DNA of 64,000 bases, taken from NCBI RefSeq assembly GCF_009914755.1, contig NC_060937.1; one strand, written 5' to 3'. Made by a program: the position numbers and the translations under genes. The notes beneath the pieces were generated by a model that saw only the letters and a program-made list of their open reading frames with translations, made no database searches and had not been told where the DNA came from. The DNA is from the human T2T-CHM13v2.0 reference genome, Homo sapiens. The first letter of the stretch is position 1. Every line of letters starts with the position of its first letter. Shown here one piece after another: positions 23,121-36,210 of the stretch.

Positions 23121-25840
23121 AACAAGTTTCTGAGAATGCTTCTGTCTATTTTTTATGGGAAGATATTTCCTTTTTCACCGTAGGCGTCAAGGCGATCGAA
23201 ATGTCCACTTCCACAAACTACAAAAAGAGTGTTTCAAACCTGCTCTATGAAAGGCCATGTTCATCTCTATGAGTCGAATGGAAATATCCGAAAGAAATTT
23301 CTGGGAATGCTGCTGTCTAGTTTTTATACGAATTCCCGCTTCCAACGAAATCCTCAAAGCAATCCAAATATCCACTTGCAGAATCCACAAAAAGAGTGTT
23401 TCAAAACTGCTCTATCAATAGAAAGGTTCAACTCTTTTAGTTGAGTACACACATCACAAACAAGTTTCTGAGAATGCTTCTGTCTGGCTTTTATTGGAAG
23501 ACGTTTCCTTTTCACCAAAGGCATCAAAGCGCTCCAAATGTCCACTTCCAGATTCTTCCAAAAGAGTGTTTGAAACGTGCTCAAAGTAAGGGAATGTTCA
23601 ACTCTGTGACTTGAATGCAGATATCACCAAGTAGTTTCTAATAGTGCTTCTGTCTAGATTTTAGATGATGATATTCCCGTTTCCAACGAAATCGTTAGAG
23701 CTATCCAAATATCCACTTACAGTTTCTACAAAAAGAGTGTTTCCAAACTGCTGCATCAAAAGAAAGGTTCAACTCTGTTAGTTGAGGACACACGTCACAA
23801 AGAAGTTTGTGAGAATGCTTCTGTCTAGATTTTGTATGACCATATTCCCTTTTCCAGCGATATCATTAAAGCAATCTAAATATCCATTTGCAGAATCCAC
23901 AAAAATAGAGTTTCAAAGCTGCTCTGTAAAAAGAAAGGTTCCACTCTGTTAGCTGAGTACACACATCACAAACTTGTTTCTCAGAATCCTTCTGTCTCGT
24001 TTTTCTGGGAAGATATTTACTTTTTCACCGTAGGCATCAAAGCGCTCCAAATGTCCACATCCAGATACTCCAGAAAGAGTGTTTCAAACCTGCTCTATGA
24101 AAGGGAATCTTCAACTCTATGAGTTGAATGCAGACATCAGAAAGAAATTTCTGAGAATGCTGCTGTCTACCTTTTATTTGAATTCCCGCTTCCAACGAAA
24201 TCCTCCAAGCTATCCAAATATCCACCTGCATTTTCCACAAAAAGAGCGTTTCAAAACTGCTCTATCAATAGAAATGTTCAACTCCTTTGGCTGGGTACAC
24301 ACATCACAAACAAGTTTCTGAGAATGCTTCTGTCTAGTTTTTATGGGAAGACATTCCCTTTTTCACCAAAGGCATCAAAGCGCTCCAAATGTCCACTTCC
24401 AGACACTACAAAAAGAGTGTTTCCAACGTGCTCTAAGAAAGCGAATGTTCAACTCTGTGACTTGAATGCAGATATCACAAAGTAGTTTCTGAGAGGGCTT
24501 CTGTCTAGATTTTAGATGATGATATTCCCGTTTCCAACGAAATCATTAGAGCTATCCAAATATCCACTTACAGTTTCTACAAAAAGAGTGTTTCCAAACT
24601 GCTGCATCAAAAGAGAGGTTCCACTCTGTTAGCTGAGTACACACATCACAAACTTGTTTCTCAGAATCCTTCTGTCTCGTTTTTCTGGGAAGATATTTAC
24701 TTTTTCACCGTAGGCATCAAAGCGCTCCAAATGTCCACATCCAGATACTCCAGAAAGAGTGTTTCAAACCTGCTCTATGAAAGGGAATCTTCAACTCTAT
24801 GAGTTGAATGCAGACATCAGAAAGAAATTTCTGAGAATGCTGCTGTCTACCTTTTATTTGAATTCCCGCTTCCAACGAAATCCTCCAAGCTATCCAAATA
24901 TCCACTTGCAGATTCCACAAAAAGAGTGTTTCAAAACTGCTCTATCAATAGAAAGGTTCAACTCTTTTAGTTGAGTACACACATCACAAACAAGTTTCTG
25001 AGAATGCTTCTGTCTGGCTTTTATTGGAAGACGTTTCCTTTTCACCAAAGGCATCAAAGCGCTCCAAATGTCCACTTCCAGATTCTTCCAAAAGAGTGTT
25101 TGAAACGTGCTCAAAGTAAGGGAATGTTCAACTCTGTGACTTGAATGCAGATATCACCAAGTAGTTTCTAATAGTGCTTCTGTCTAGATTTTAGATGATG
25201 ATATTCCCGTTTCCAACGAAATCGTTAGAGCTATCCAAATATCCACTTACAGTTGCTACAAAAACAGTGTTTCCAAACTGCTGCATCAAAAGAAAGGTTC
25301 AACTCTGTTAGTTGAGGACACACGTCACAAAGAAGTTTGTGAGAATGCTTCTGTCTAGATTTTGTATGACGATATTCCCTTTTCCAACGATATCGTTAAA
25401 GCAATCTAAATATCCATTTGCAGAATCCACAAAAATAGAGTTTCAAAGCTGCTCTGTAAAAAGAAAGGTTCCACTCTGTTAGCTGAGTACACACATCACA
25501 AACTTGTTTCTCAGAATCCTTCTGTCTCGTTTTTCTGGGAAGATATTTACTTTTTCACCGTAGGCATCAAAGCGCTCCAAATGTCCACATCCAGATACTC
25601 CAGAAAGAGTGTTTCAAACCTGCTCTATGAAAGGGAATCTTCAACTCTATGAGTTGAATGCAGACATCAGAAAGAAATTTCTGAGAATGCTGCTGTCTAC
25701 CTTTTATTTGAATTCCCGCTTCCAACGAAATCCTCCAAGCTATCCAAATATCCACTTGCAGATTCCACAAAAAGAGTGTTTCAAAACTGCTCTCTATCAA
25801 TGGCAAAGTTCAACTCTGTTAGTTGAGGACACATATCACC
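23121..25840 (-). repeat. Second 16-monomer variant
   Basis: 2720 bp; tetramer marker at 24221; same hybrid monomer at 24911-24952. Confidence 0.9.
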
Positions 25841-27710
25841 AACAAGTTTCTGAGAATGCTTCTGTCTATTTTTTATGGGAAGATATTTCCTTTTTCACCG
25901 TAGGCGTCAAGGCGATCGAAATGTCCACTTCCACAAACTACAAAAAGAGTGTTTCAAACCTGCTCTATGAAAGGCCATGTTCATCTCTATGAGTCGAATG
26001 GAAATATCCGAAAGAAATTTCTGGGAATGCTGCTGTCTAGTTTTTATACGAATTCCCGCTTCCAACGAAATCCTCAAAGCAATCCAAATATCCACTTGCA
26101 GAATCCACAAAAAGAGTGTTTCAAAACTGCTCTATCAATAGAAAGGTTCAACTCTTTTAGTTGAGTACACACATCACAAACAAGTTTCTGAGAATGCTTC
26201 TGTCTGGCTTTTATTGGAAGACGTTTCCTTTTCACCAAAGGCATCAAAGCGCTCCAAATGTCCACTTCCAGATTCTTCCAAAAGAGTGTTTGAAACGTGC
26301 TCAAAGTAAGGGAATGTTCAACTCTGTGACTTGAATGCAGATATCACCAAGTAGTTTCTAATAGTGCTTCTGTCTAGATTTTAGATGATGATATTCCCGT
26401 TTCCAACGAAATCGTTAGAGCTATCCAAATATCCACTTACAGTTTCTACAAAAAGAGTGTTTCCAAACTGCTGCATCAAAAGAAAGGTTCAACTCTGTTA
26501 GTTGAGGACACACGTCACAAAGAAGTTTGTGAGAATGCTTCTGTCTAGATTTTGTATGACCATATTCCCTTTTCCAGCGATATCATTAAAGCAATCTAAA
26601 TATCCATTTGCAGAATCCACAAAAATAGAGTTTCAAAGCTGCTCTGTAAAAAGAAAGGTTCCACTCTGTTAGCTGAGTACACACATCACAAACTTGTTTC
26701 TCAGAATCCTTCTGTCTCGTTTTTCTGGGAAGATATTTACTTTTTCACCGTAGGCATCAAAGCGCTCCAAATGTCCACATCCAGATACTCCAGAAAGAGT
26801 GTTTCAAACCTGCTCTATGAAAGGGAATCTTCAACTCTATGAGTTGAATGCAGACATCAGAAAGAAATTTCTGAGAATGCTGCTGTCTACCTTTTATTTG
26901 AATTCCCGCTTCCAACGAAATCCTCCAAGCTATCCAAATATCCACCTGCATTTTCCACAAAAAGAGCGTTTCAAAACTGCTCTATCAATAGAAATGTTCA
27001 ACTCCTTTGGCTGGGTACACACATCACAAACAAGTTTCTGAGAATGCTTCTGTCTAGTTTTTATGGGAAGACATTCCCTTTTTCACCAAAGGCATCAAAG
27101 CGCTCCAAATGTCCACTTCCAGACACTACAAAAAGAGTGTTTCCAACGTGCTCTAAGAAAGCGAATGTTCAACTCTGTGACTTGAATGCAGATATCACAA
27201 AGTAGTTTCTGAGAGGGCTTCTGTCTAGATTTTAGATGATGATATTCCCGTTTCCAACGAAATCATTAGAGCTATCCAAATATCCACTTACAGTTTCTAC
27301 AAAAAGAGTGTTTCCAAACTGCTGCATCAAAAGAGAGGTTCCACTCTGTTAGCTGAGTACACACATCACAAACTTGTTTCTCAGAATCCTTCTGTCTCGT
27401 TTTTCTGGGAAGATATTTACTTTTTCACCGTAGGCATCAAAGCGCTCCAAATGTCCACATACAGATACTCCAGAAAGAGTGTTTCAAACCTGCTCTATGA
27501 AAGGGAATCTTCAACTCTATGAGTTGAATGCAGACATCAGAAAGAAATTTCTGAGAATGCTGCTGTCTACCTTTTATTTGAATTCCCGCTTCCAACGAAA
27601 TCCTCCAAGCTATCCAAATATCCACTTGCAGATTCCACAAAAAGAGTGTTTCAAAACTGCTCTCTATCAATGGCAAAGTTCAACTCTGTTAGTTGAGGAC
27701 ACATATCACC
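25841..27710 (-). repeat. 11-mer HOR
   Basis: Tetramer marker at 26941; private C>A at 27461. Confidence 0.93.
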
Positions 27711-30700
27711 AACAAGTTTCTGAGAATGCTTCTGTCTATTTTTTATGGGAAGATATTTCCTTTTTCACCGTAGGCGTCAAGGCGATCGAAATGTCCACTT
27801 CCACAAACTACAAAAAGAGTGTTTCAAACCTGCTCTATGAAAGGCCATGTTCATCTCTATGAGTCGAATGGAAATATCCGAAAGAAATTTCTGGGAATGC
27901 TGCTGTCTAGTTTTTATACGAATTCCCGCTTCCAACGAAATCCTCAAAGCAATCCAAATATCCACTTGCAGAATCCACAAAAAGAGTGTTTCAAAACTGC
28001 TCTATCAATAGAAAGGTTCAACTCTTTTAGTTGAGTACACACATCACAAACAAGTTTCTGAGAATGCTTCTGTCTGGCTTTTATTGGAAGACGTTTCCTT
28101 TTCACCAAAGGCATCAAAGCGCTCCAAATGTCCACTTCCAGATTCTTCCAAAAGAGTGTTTGAAACGTGCTCAAAGTAAGGGAATGTTCAACTCTGTGAC
28201 TTGAATGCAGATATCACCAAGTAGTTTCTAATAGTGCTTCTGTCTAGATTTTAGATGATGATATTCCCGTTTCCAACGAAATCGTTAGAGCTATCCAAAT
28301 ATCCACTTACAGTTGCTACAAAAACAGTGTTTCCAAACTGCTGCATCAAAAGAAAGGTTCAACTCTGTTAGTTGAGGACACACGTCACAAAGAAGTTTGT
28401 GAGAATGCTTCTGTCTAGATTTTGTATGACGATATTCCCTTTTCCAACGATATCGTTAAAGCAATCTAAATATCCATTTGCAGAATCCACAAAAATAGAG
28501 TTTCAAAGCTGCTCTGTAAAAAGAAAGGTTCCACTCTGTTAGCTGAGTACACACATCACAAACTTGTTTCTCAGAATCCTTCTGTCTCGTTTTTATGGGA
28601 AGATATTTACTTTTTCACCGTAGGCATCAAAGCGCTCCAAATGTCCACATCCAGATACTCCAGAAAGAGTGTTTCAAACCTGCTCTATGAAAGGGAATCT
28701 TCAACTCTATGAGTTGAATGCAGACATCAGAAAGAAATTTCTGAGAATGCTGCTGTCTACCTTTTATTTGAATTCCCGCTTCCAACGAAATCCTCCAAGC
28801 TATCCAAATATCCACTTGCAGATTCCACAAAAAGAGTGTTTCAAAACTGCTCTCTATCAATGGCAAAGTTCAACTCTGTTAGTTGAGGACACATATCACC
28901 AACAAGTTTCTGAGAATGCTTCTGTCTATTTTTTATGGGAAGATATTTCCTTTTTCACCGTAGGCGTCAAGGCGATCGAAATGTCCACTTCCACAAACTA
29001 CAAAAAGAGTGTTTCAAACCTGCTCTATGAAAGGCCATGTTCATCTCTATGAGTCGAATGGAAATATCCGAAAGAAATTTCTGGGAATGCTGCTGTCTAG
29101 TTTTTATACGAATTCCCGCTTCCAACGAAATCCTCAAAGCAATCCAAATATCCACTTGCAGAATCCACAAAAAGAGTGTTTCAAAACTGCTCTATCAATA
29201 GAAAGGTTCAACTCTTTTAGTTGAGTACACACATCACAAACAAGTTTCTGAGAATGCTTCTGTCTGGCTTTTATTGGAAGACGTTTCCTTTTCACCAAAG
29301 GCATCAAAGCGCTCCAAATGTCCACTTCCAGATTCTTCCAAAAGAGTGTTTGAAACGTGCTCAAAGTAAGGGAATGTTCAACTCTGTGACTTGAATGCAG
29401 ATATCACCAAGTAGTTTCTAATAGTGCTTCTGTCTAGATTTTAGATGATGATATTCCCGTTTCCAACGAAATCGTTAGAGCTATCCAAATATCCACTTAC
29501 AGTTGCTACAAAAACAGTGTTTCCAAACTGCTGCATCAAAAGAAAGGTTCAACTCTGTTAGTTGAGGACACACGTCACAAAGAAGTTTGTGAGAATGCTT
29601 CTGTCTAGATTTTGTATGACGATATTCCCTTTTCCAACGATATCATTAAAGCAATCTAAATATCCATTTGCAGAATCCACAAAAATAGAGTTTCAAAGCT
29701 GCTCTGTAAAAAGAAAGGTTCCACTCTGTTAGCTGAGTACACACATCACAAACTTGTTTCTCAGAATCCTTCTGTCTCGTTTTTCTGGGAAGATATTTAC
29801 TTTTTCACCGTAGGCATCAAAGCGCTCCAAATGTCCACATCCAGATACTCCAGAAAGAGTGTTTCAAACCTGCTCTATGAAAGGGAATCTTCAACTCTAT
29901 GAGTTGAATGCAGACATCAGAAAGAAATTTCTGAGAATGCTGCTGTCTACCTTTTATTTGAATTCCCGCTTCCAACGAAATCCTCCAAGCTATCCAAATA
30001 TCCACTTGCAGATTCCACAAAAAGAGTGTTTCAAAACTGCTCTCTATCAATGGCAAAGTTCAACTCTGTTAGTTGAGGACACATATCACCAACAAGTTTC
30101 TGAGAATGCTTCTGTCTATTTTTTATGGGAAGATATTTCCTTTTTCACCGTAGGCGTCAAGGCGATCGAAATGTCCACTTCCACAAACTACAAAAAGAGT
30201 GTTTCAAACCTGCTCTATGAAAGGCCATGTTCATCTCTATGAGTCGAATGGAAATATCCGAAAGAAATTTCTGGGAATGCTGCTGTCTAGTTTTTATACG
30301 AATTCCCGCTTCCAACGAAATCCTCAAAGCAATCCAAATATCCACTTGCAGAATCCACAAAAAGAGTGTTTCAAAACTGCTCTATCAATAGAAAGGTTCA
30401 ACTCTTTTAGTTGAGTACACACATCACAAACAAGTTTCTGAGAATGCTTCTGTCTGGCTTTTATTGGAAGACGTTTCCTTTTCACCAAAGGCATCAAAGC
30501 GCTCCAAATGTCCACTTCCAGATTCTTCCAAAAGAGTGTTTGAAACGTGCTCAAAGTAAGGGAATGTTCAACTCTGTGACTTGAATGCAGATATCACCAA
30601 GTAGTTTCTAATAGTGCTTCTGTCTAGATTTTAGATGATGATATTCCCGTTTCCAACGAAATCGTTAGAGCTATCCAAATATCCACTTACAGTTGCTACA

Positions 30701-33700
30701 AAAAGAGTGTTTCCAAACTGCTGCATCAAAAGAAAGGTTCAACTCTGTTAGTTGAGGACACACATCACAAAGAAGTTTGTGAGAATGCTTCTGTCTAGAT
30801 TTTGTATGACCATATTCCCTTTTCCAGCGATATCATTAAAGCAATCTAAATATCCATTTGCAGAATCCACAAAAATAGAGTTTCAAAGCTGCTCTGTAAA
30901 AAGAAAGGTTCCACTCTGTTAGCTGAGTACACACATCACAAACTTGTTTCTGAGAATCCTTCTGTCTCGTTTTTATGGGAAGATATTTACTTTTTCACCG
31001 TAGGCATCAAAGCGCTCCAAATGTCCACATCCAGATACTCCAGAAAGAGTGTTTCAAACCTGCTCTATGAAAGGGAATCTTCAACTCTATGAGTTGAATG
31101 CAGACATCAGAAAGAAATTTCTGAGAATGCTGCTGTCTACCTTTTATTTGAATTCCCGCTTCCAACGAAATCCTCCAAGCTATCCAAATATCCACCTGCA
31201 TTTTCCACAAAAAGAGCGTTTCAAAACTGCTCTATCAATAGAAATGTTCAACTCCTTTGGCTGGGTACACACATCACAAACAAGTTTCTGAGAATGCTTC
31301 TGTCTAGTTTTTATGGGAAGACATTCCCTTTTTCACCAAAGGCATCAAAGCGCTCCAAATGTCCACTTCCAGACACTACAAAAAGAGTGTTTCCAACGTG
31401 CTCTAAGAAAGCGAATGTTCAACTCTGTGACTTGAATGCAGATATCACAAAGTAGTTTCTGAGAGGGCTTCTGTCTAGATTTTAGATGATGATATTCCCG
31501 TTTCCAACGAAATCATTAGAGCTATCCAAATATCCACTTACAGTTTCTACAAAAAGAGTGTTTCCAAACTGCTGCATCAAAAGAGAGGTTCCATTCTGTT
31601 AACTGAGTACACACATCACAAACTTGTTTCTCAGAATCCTTCTGTCTCGTTTTTCTGGGAAGATATTTACTTTTTCACCGTAGGCATCAAAGCGCTCCAA
31701 ATGTCCACATCCAGATACTCCAGAAAGAGTGTTTCAAACCTGCTCTATGAAAGGGAATCTTCAACTCTATGAGTTGAATGCAGACATCAGAAAGAAATTT
31801 CTGAGAATGCTGCTGTCTACCTTTTATTTGAATTCCCGCTTCCAACGAAATCCTCCAAGCTATCCAAATATCCACTTGCAGATTCCACAAAAAGAGTGTT
31901 TCAAAACTGCTCTCTATCAATGGCAAAGTTCAACTCTGTTAGTTGAGGACACATATCACCAACAAGTTTCTGAGAATGCTTCTGTCTATTTTTTATGGGA
32001 AGATATTTCCTTTTTCACCGTAGGCGTCAAGGCGATCGAAATGTCCACTTCCACAAACTACAAAAAGAGTGTTTCAAACCTGCTCTATGAAAGGCCATGT
32101 TCATCTCTATGAGTCGAATGGAAATATCCGAAAGAAATTTCTGGGAATGCTGCTGTCTAGTTTTTATACGAATTCCCGCTTCCAACGAAATCCTCAAAGC
32201 AATCCAAATATCCACTTGCAGAATCCACAAAAAGAGTGTTTCAAAACTGCTCTATCAATAGAAAGGTTCAACTCTTTTAGTTGAGTACACACATCACAAA
32301 CAAGTTTCTGAGAATGCTTCTGTCTGGCTTTTATTGGAAGACGTTTCCTTTTCACCAAAGGCATCAAAGCGCTCCAAATGTCCACTTCCAGATTCTTCCA
32401 AAAGAGTGTTTGAAACGTGCTCAAAGTAAGGGAATGTTCAACTCTGTGACTTGAATGCAGATATCACCAAGTAGTTTCTAATAGTGCTTCTGTCTAGATT
32501 TTAGATGATGATATTCCCGTTTCCAACGAAATCGTTAGAGCTATCCAAATATCCACTTACAGTTGCTACAAAAACAGTGTTTCCAAACTGCTGCATCAAA
32601 AGAAAGGTTCAACTCTGTTAGTTGAGGACACACGTCACAAAGAAGTTTGTGAGAATGCTTCTGTCTAGATTTTGTATGACGATATTCCCTTTTCCAACGA
32701 TATCGTTAAAGCAATCTAAATATCCATTTGCAGAATCCACAAAAATAGAGTTTCAAAGCTGCTCTGTAAAAAGAAAGGTTCCACTCTGTTAGCTGAGTAC
32801 ACACATCACAAACTTGTTTCTCAGAATCCTTCTGTCTCGTTTTTATGGGAAGATATTTACTTTTTCACCGTAGGCATCAAAGCGCTCCAAATGTCCACAT
32901 CCAGATACTCCAGAAAGAGTGTTTCAAACCTGCTCTATGAAAGGGAATCTTCAACTCTATGAGTTGAATGCAGACATCAGAAAGAAATTTCTGAGAATGC
33001 TGCTGTCTACCTTTTATTTGAATTCCCGCTTCCAACGAAATCCTCCAAGCTATCCAAATATCCACTTGCAGATTCCACAAAAAGAGTGTTTCAAAACTGC
33101 TCTCTATCAATGGCAAAGTTCAACTCTGTTAGTTGAGGACACATATCACCAACAAGTTTCTGAGAATGCTTCTGTCTATTTTTTATGGGAAGATATTTCC
33201 TTTTTCACCGTAGGCGTCAAGGCGATCGAAATGTCCACTTCCACAAACTACAAAAAGAGTGTTTCAAACCTGCTCTATGAAAGGCCATGTTCATCTCTAT
33301 GAGTCGAATGGAAATATCCGAAAGAAATTTCTGGGAATGCTGCTGTCTAGTTTTTATACGAATTCCCGCTTCCAACGAAATCCTCAAAGCAATCCAAATA
33401 TCCACTTGCAGAATCCACAAAAAGAGTGTTTCAAAACTGCTCTATCAATAGAAAGGTTCAACTCTTTTAGTTGAGTACACACATCACAAACAAGTTTCTG
33501 AGAATGCTTCTGTCTGGCTTTTATTGGAAGACGTTTCCTTTTCACCAAAGGCATCAAAGCGCTCCAAATGTCCACTTCCAGATTCTTCCAAAAGAGTGTT
33601 TGAAACGTGCTCAAAGTAAGGGAATGTTCAACTCTGTGACTTGAATGCAGATATCACCAAGTAGTTTCTAATAGTGCTTCTGTCTAGATTTTAGATGATG

Positions 33701-36210
33701 ATATTCCCGTTTCCAACGAAATCGTTAGAGCTATCCAAATATCCACTTACAGTTGCTACAAAAACAGTGTTTCCAAACTGCTGCATCAAAAGAAAGGTTC
33801 AACTCTGTTAGTTGAGGACACACGTCACAAAGAAGTTTGTGAGAATGCTTCTGTCTAGATTTTGTATGACGATATTCCCTTTTCCAACGATATCGTTAAA
33901 GCAATCTAAATATCCATTTGCAGAATCCACAAAAATAGAGTTTCAAAGCTGCTCTGTAAAAAGAAAGGTTCCACTCTGTTAGCTGAGTACACACATCACA
34001 AACTTGTTTCTCAGAATCCTTCTGTCTCGTTTTTCTGGGAAGATATTTACTTTTTCACCGTAGGCATCAAAGCGCTCCAAATGTCCACATCCAGATACTC
34101 CAGAAAGAGTGTTTCAAACCTGCTCTATGAAAGGGAATCTTCAACTCTATGAGTTGAATGCAGACATCAGAAAGAAATTTCTGAGAATGCTGCTGTCTAC
34201 CTTTTATTTGAATTCCCGCTTCCAACGAAATCCTCCAAGCTATCCAAATATCCACTTGCAGATTCCACAAAAAGAGTGTTTCAAAACTGCTCTCTATCAA
34301 TGGCAAAGTTCAACTCTGTTAGTTGAGGACACATATCACCAACAAGTTTCTGAGAATGCTTCTGTCTATTTTTTATGGGAAGATATTTCCTTTTTCACCG
34401 TAGGCGTCAAGGCGATCGAAATGTCCACTTCCACAAACTACAAAAAGAGTGTTTCAAACCTGCTCTATGAAAGGCCATGTTCATCTCTATGAGTCGAATG
34501 GAAATATCCGAAAGAAATTTCTGGGAATGCTGCTGTCTAGTTTTTATACGAATTCCCGCTTCCAACGAAATCCTCAAAGCAATCCAAATATCCACTTGCA
34601 GAATCCACAAAAAGAGTGTTTCAAAACTGCTCTATCAATAGAAAGGTTCAACTCTTTTAGTTGAGTACACACATCACAAACAAGTTTCTGAGAATGCTTC
34701 TGTCTGGCTTTTATTGGAAGACGTTTCCTTTTCACCAAAGGCATCAAAGCGCTCCAAATGTCCACTTCCAGATTCTTCCAAAAGAGTGTTTGAAACGTGC
34801 TCAAAGTAAGGGAATGTTCAACTCTGTGACTTGAATGCAGATATCACCAAGTAGTTTCTAATAGTGCTTCTGTCTAGATTTTAGATGATGATATTCCCGT
34901 TTCCAACGAAATCGTTAGAGCTATCCAAATATCCACTTACAGTTGCTACAAAAAGAGTGTTTCCAAACTGCTGCATCAAAAGAAAGGTTCAACTCTGTTA
35001 GTTGAGGACACACATCACAAAGAAGTTTGTGAGAATGCTTCTGTCTAGATTTTGTATGACCATATTCCCTTTTCCAGCGATATCATTAAAGCAATCTAAA
35101 TATCCATTTGCAGAATCCACAAAAATAGAGTTTCAAAGCTGCTCTGTAAAAAGAAAGGTTCCACTCTGTTAGCTGAGTACACACATCACAAACTTGTTTC
35201 TGAGAATCCTTCTGTCTCGTTTTTATGGGAAGATATTTACTTTTTCACCGTAGGCATCAAAGCGCTCCAAATGTCCACATCCAGATACTCCAGAAAGAGT
35301 GTTTCAAACCTGCTCTATGAAAGGGAATCTTCAACTCTATGAGTTGAATGCAGACATCAGAAAGAAATTTCTGAGAATGCTGCTGTCTACCTTTTATTTG
35401 AATTCCCGCTTCCAACGAAATCCTCCAAGCTATCCAAATATCCACCTGCATTTTCCACAAAAAGAGCGTTTCAAAACTGCTCTATCAATAGAAATGTTCA
35501 ACTCCTTTGGCTGGGTACACACATCACAAACAAGTTTCTGAGAATGCTTCTGTCTAGTTTTTATGGGAAGACATTCCCTTTTTCACCAAAGGCATCAAAG
35601 CGCTCCAAATGTCCACTTCCAGACACTACAAAAAGAGTGTTTCCAACGTGCTCTAAGAAAGCGAATGTTCAACTCTGTGACTTGAATGCAGATATCACAA
35701 AGTAGTTTCTGAGAGGGCTTCTGTCTAGATTTTAGATGATGATATTCCCGTTTCCAACGAAATCATTAGAGCTATCCAAATATCCACTTACAGTTTCTAC
35801 AAAAAGAGTGTTTCCAAACTGCTGCATCAAAAGAGAGGTTCCACTCTGTTAGCTGAGTACACACATCACAAACTTGTTTCTCAGAATCCTTCTGTCTCGT
35901 TTTTCTGGGAAGATATTTACTTTTTCACCGTAGGCATCAAAGCGCTCCAAATGTCCACATCCAGATACTCCAGAAAGAGTGTTTCAAACCTGCTCTATGA
36001 AAGGGAATCTTCAACTCTATGAGTTGAATGCAGACATCAGAAAGAAATTTCTGAGAATGCTGCTGTCTACCTTTTATTTGAATTCCCGCTTCCAACGAAA
36101 TCCTCCAAGCTATCCAAATATCCACTTGCAGATTCCACAAAAAGAGTGTTTCAAAACTGCTCTCTATCAATGGCAAAGTTCAACTCTGTTAGTTGAGGAC
36201 ACATATCACC
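27711..36210 (-). repeat. (7+7+11) x2 block, 4250-bp period
   Basis: 7-mers at 27711, 28901, 31961, 33151; 11-mers at 30091 and 34341. Confidence 0.92.
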
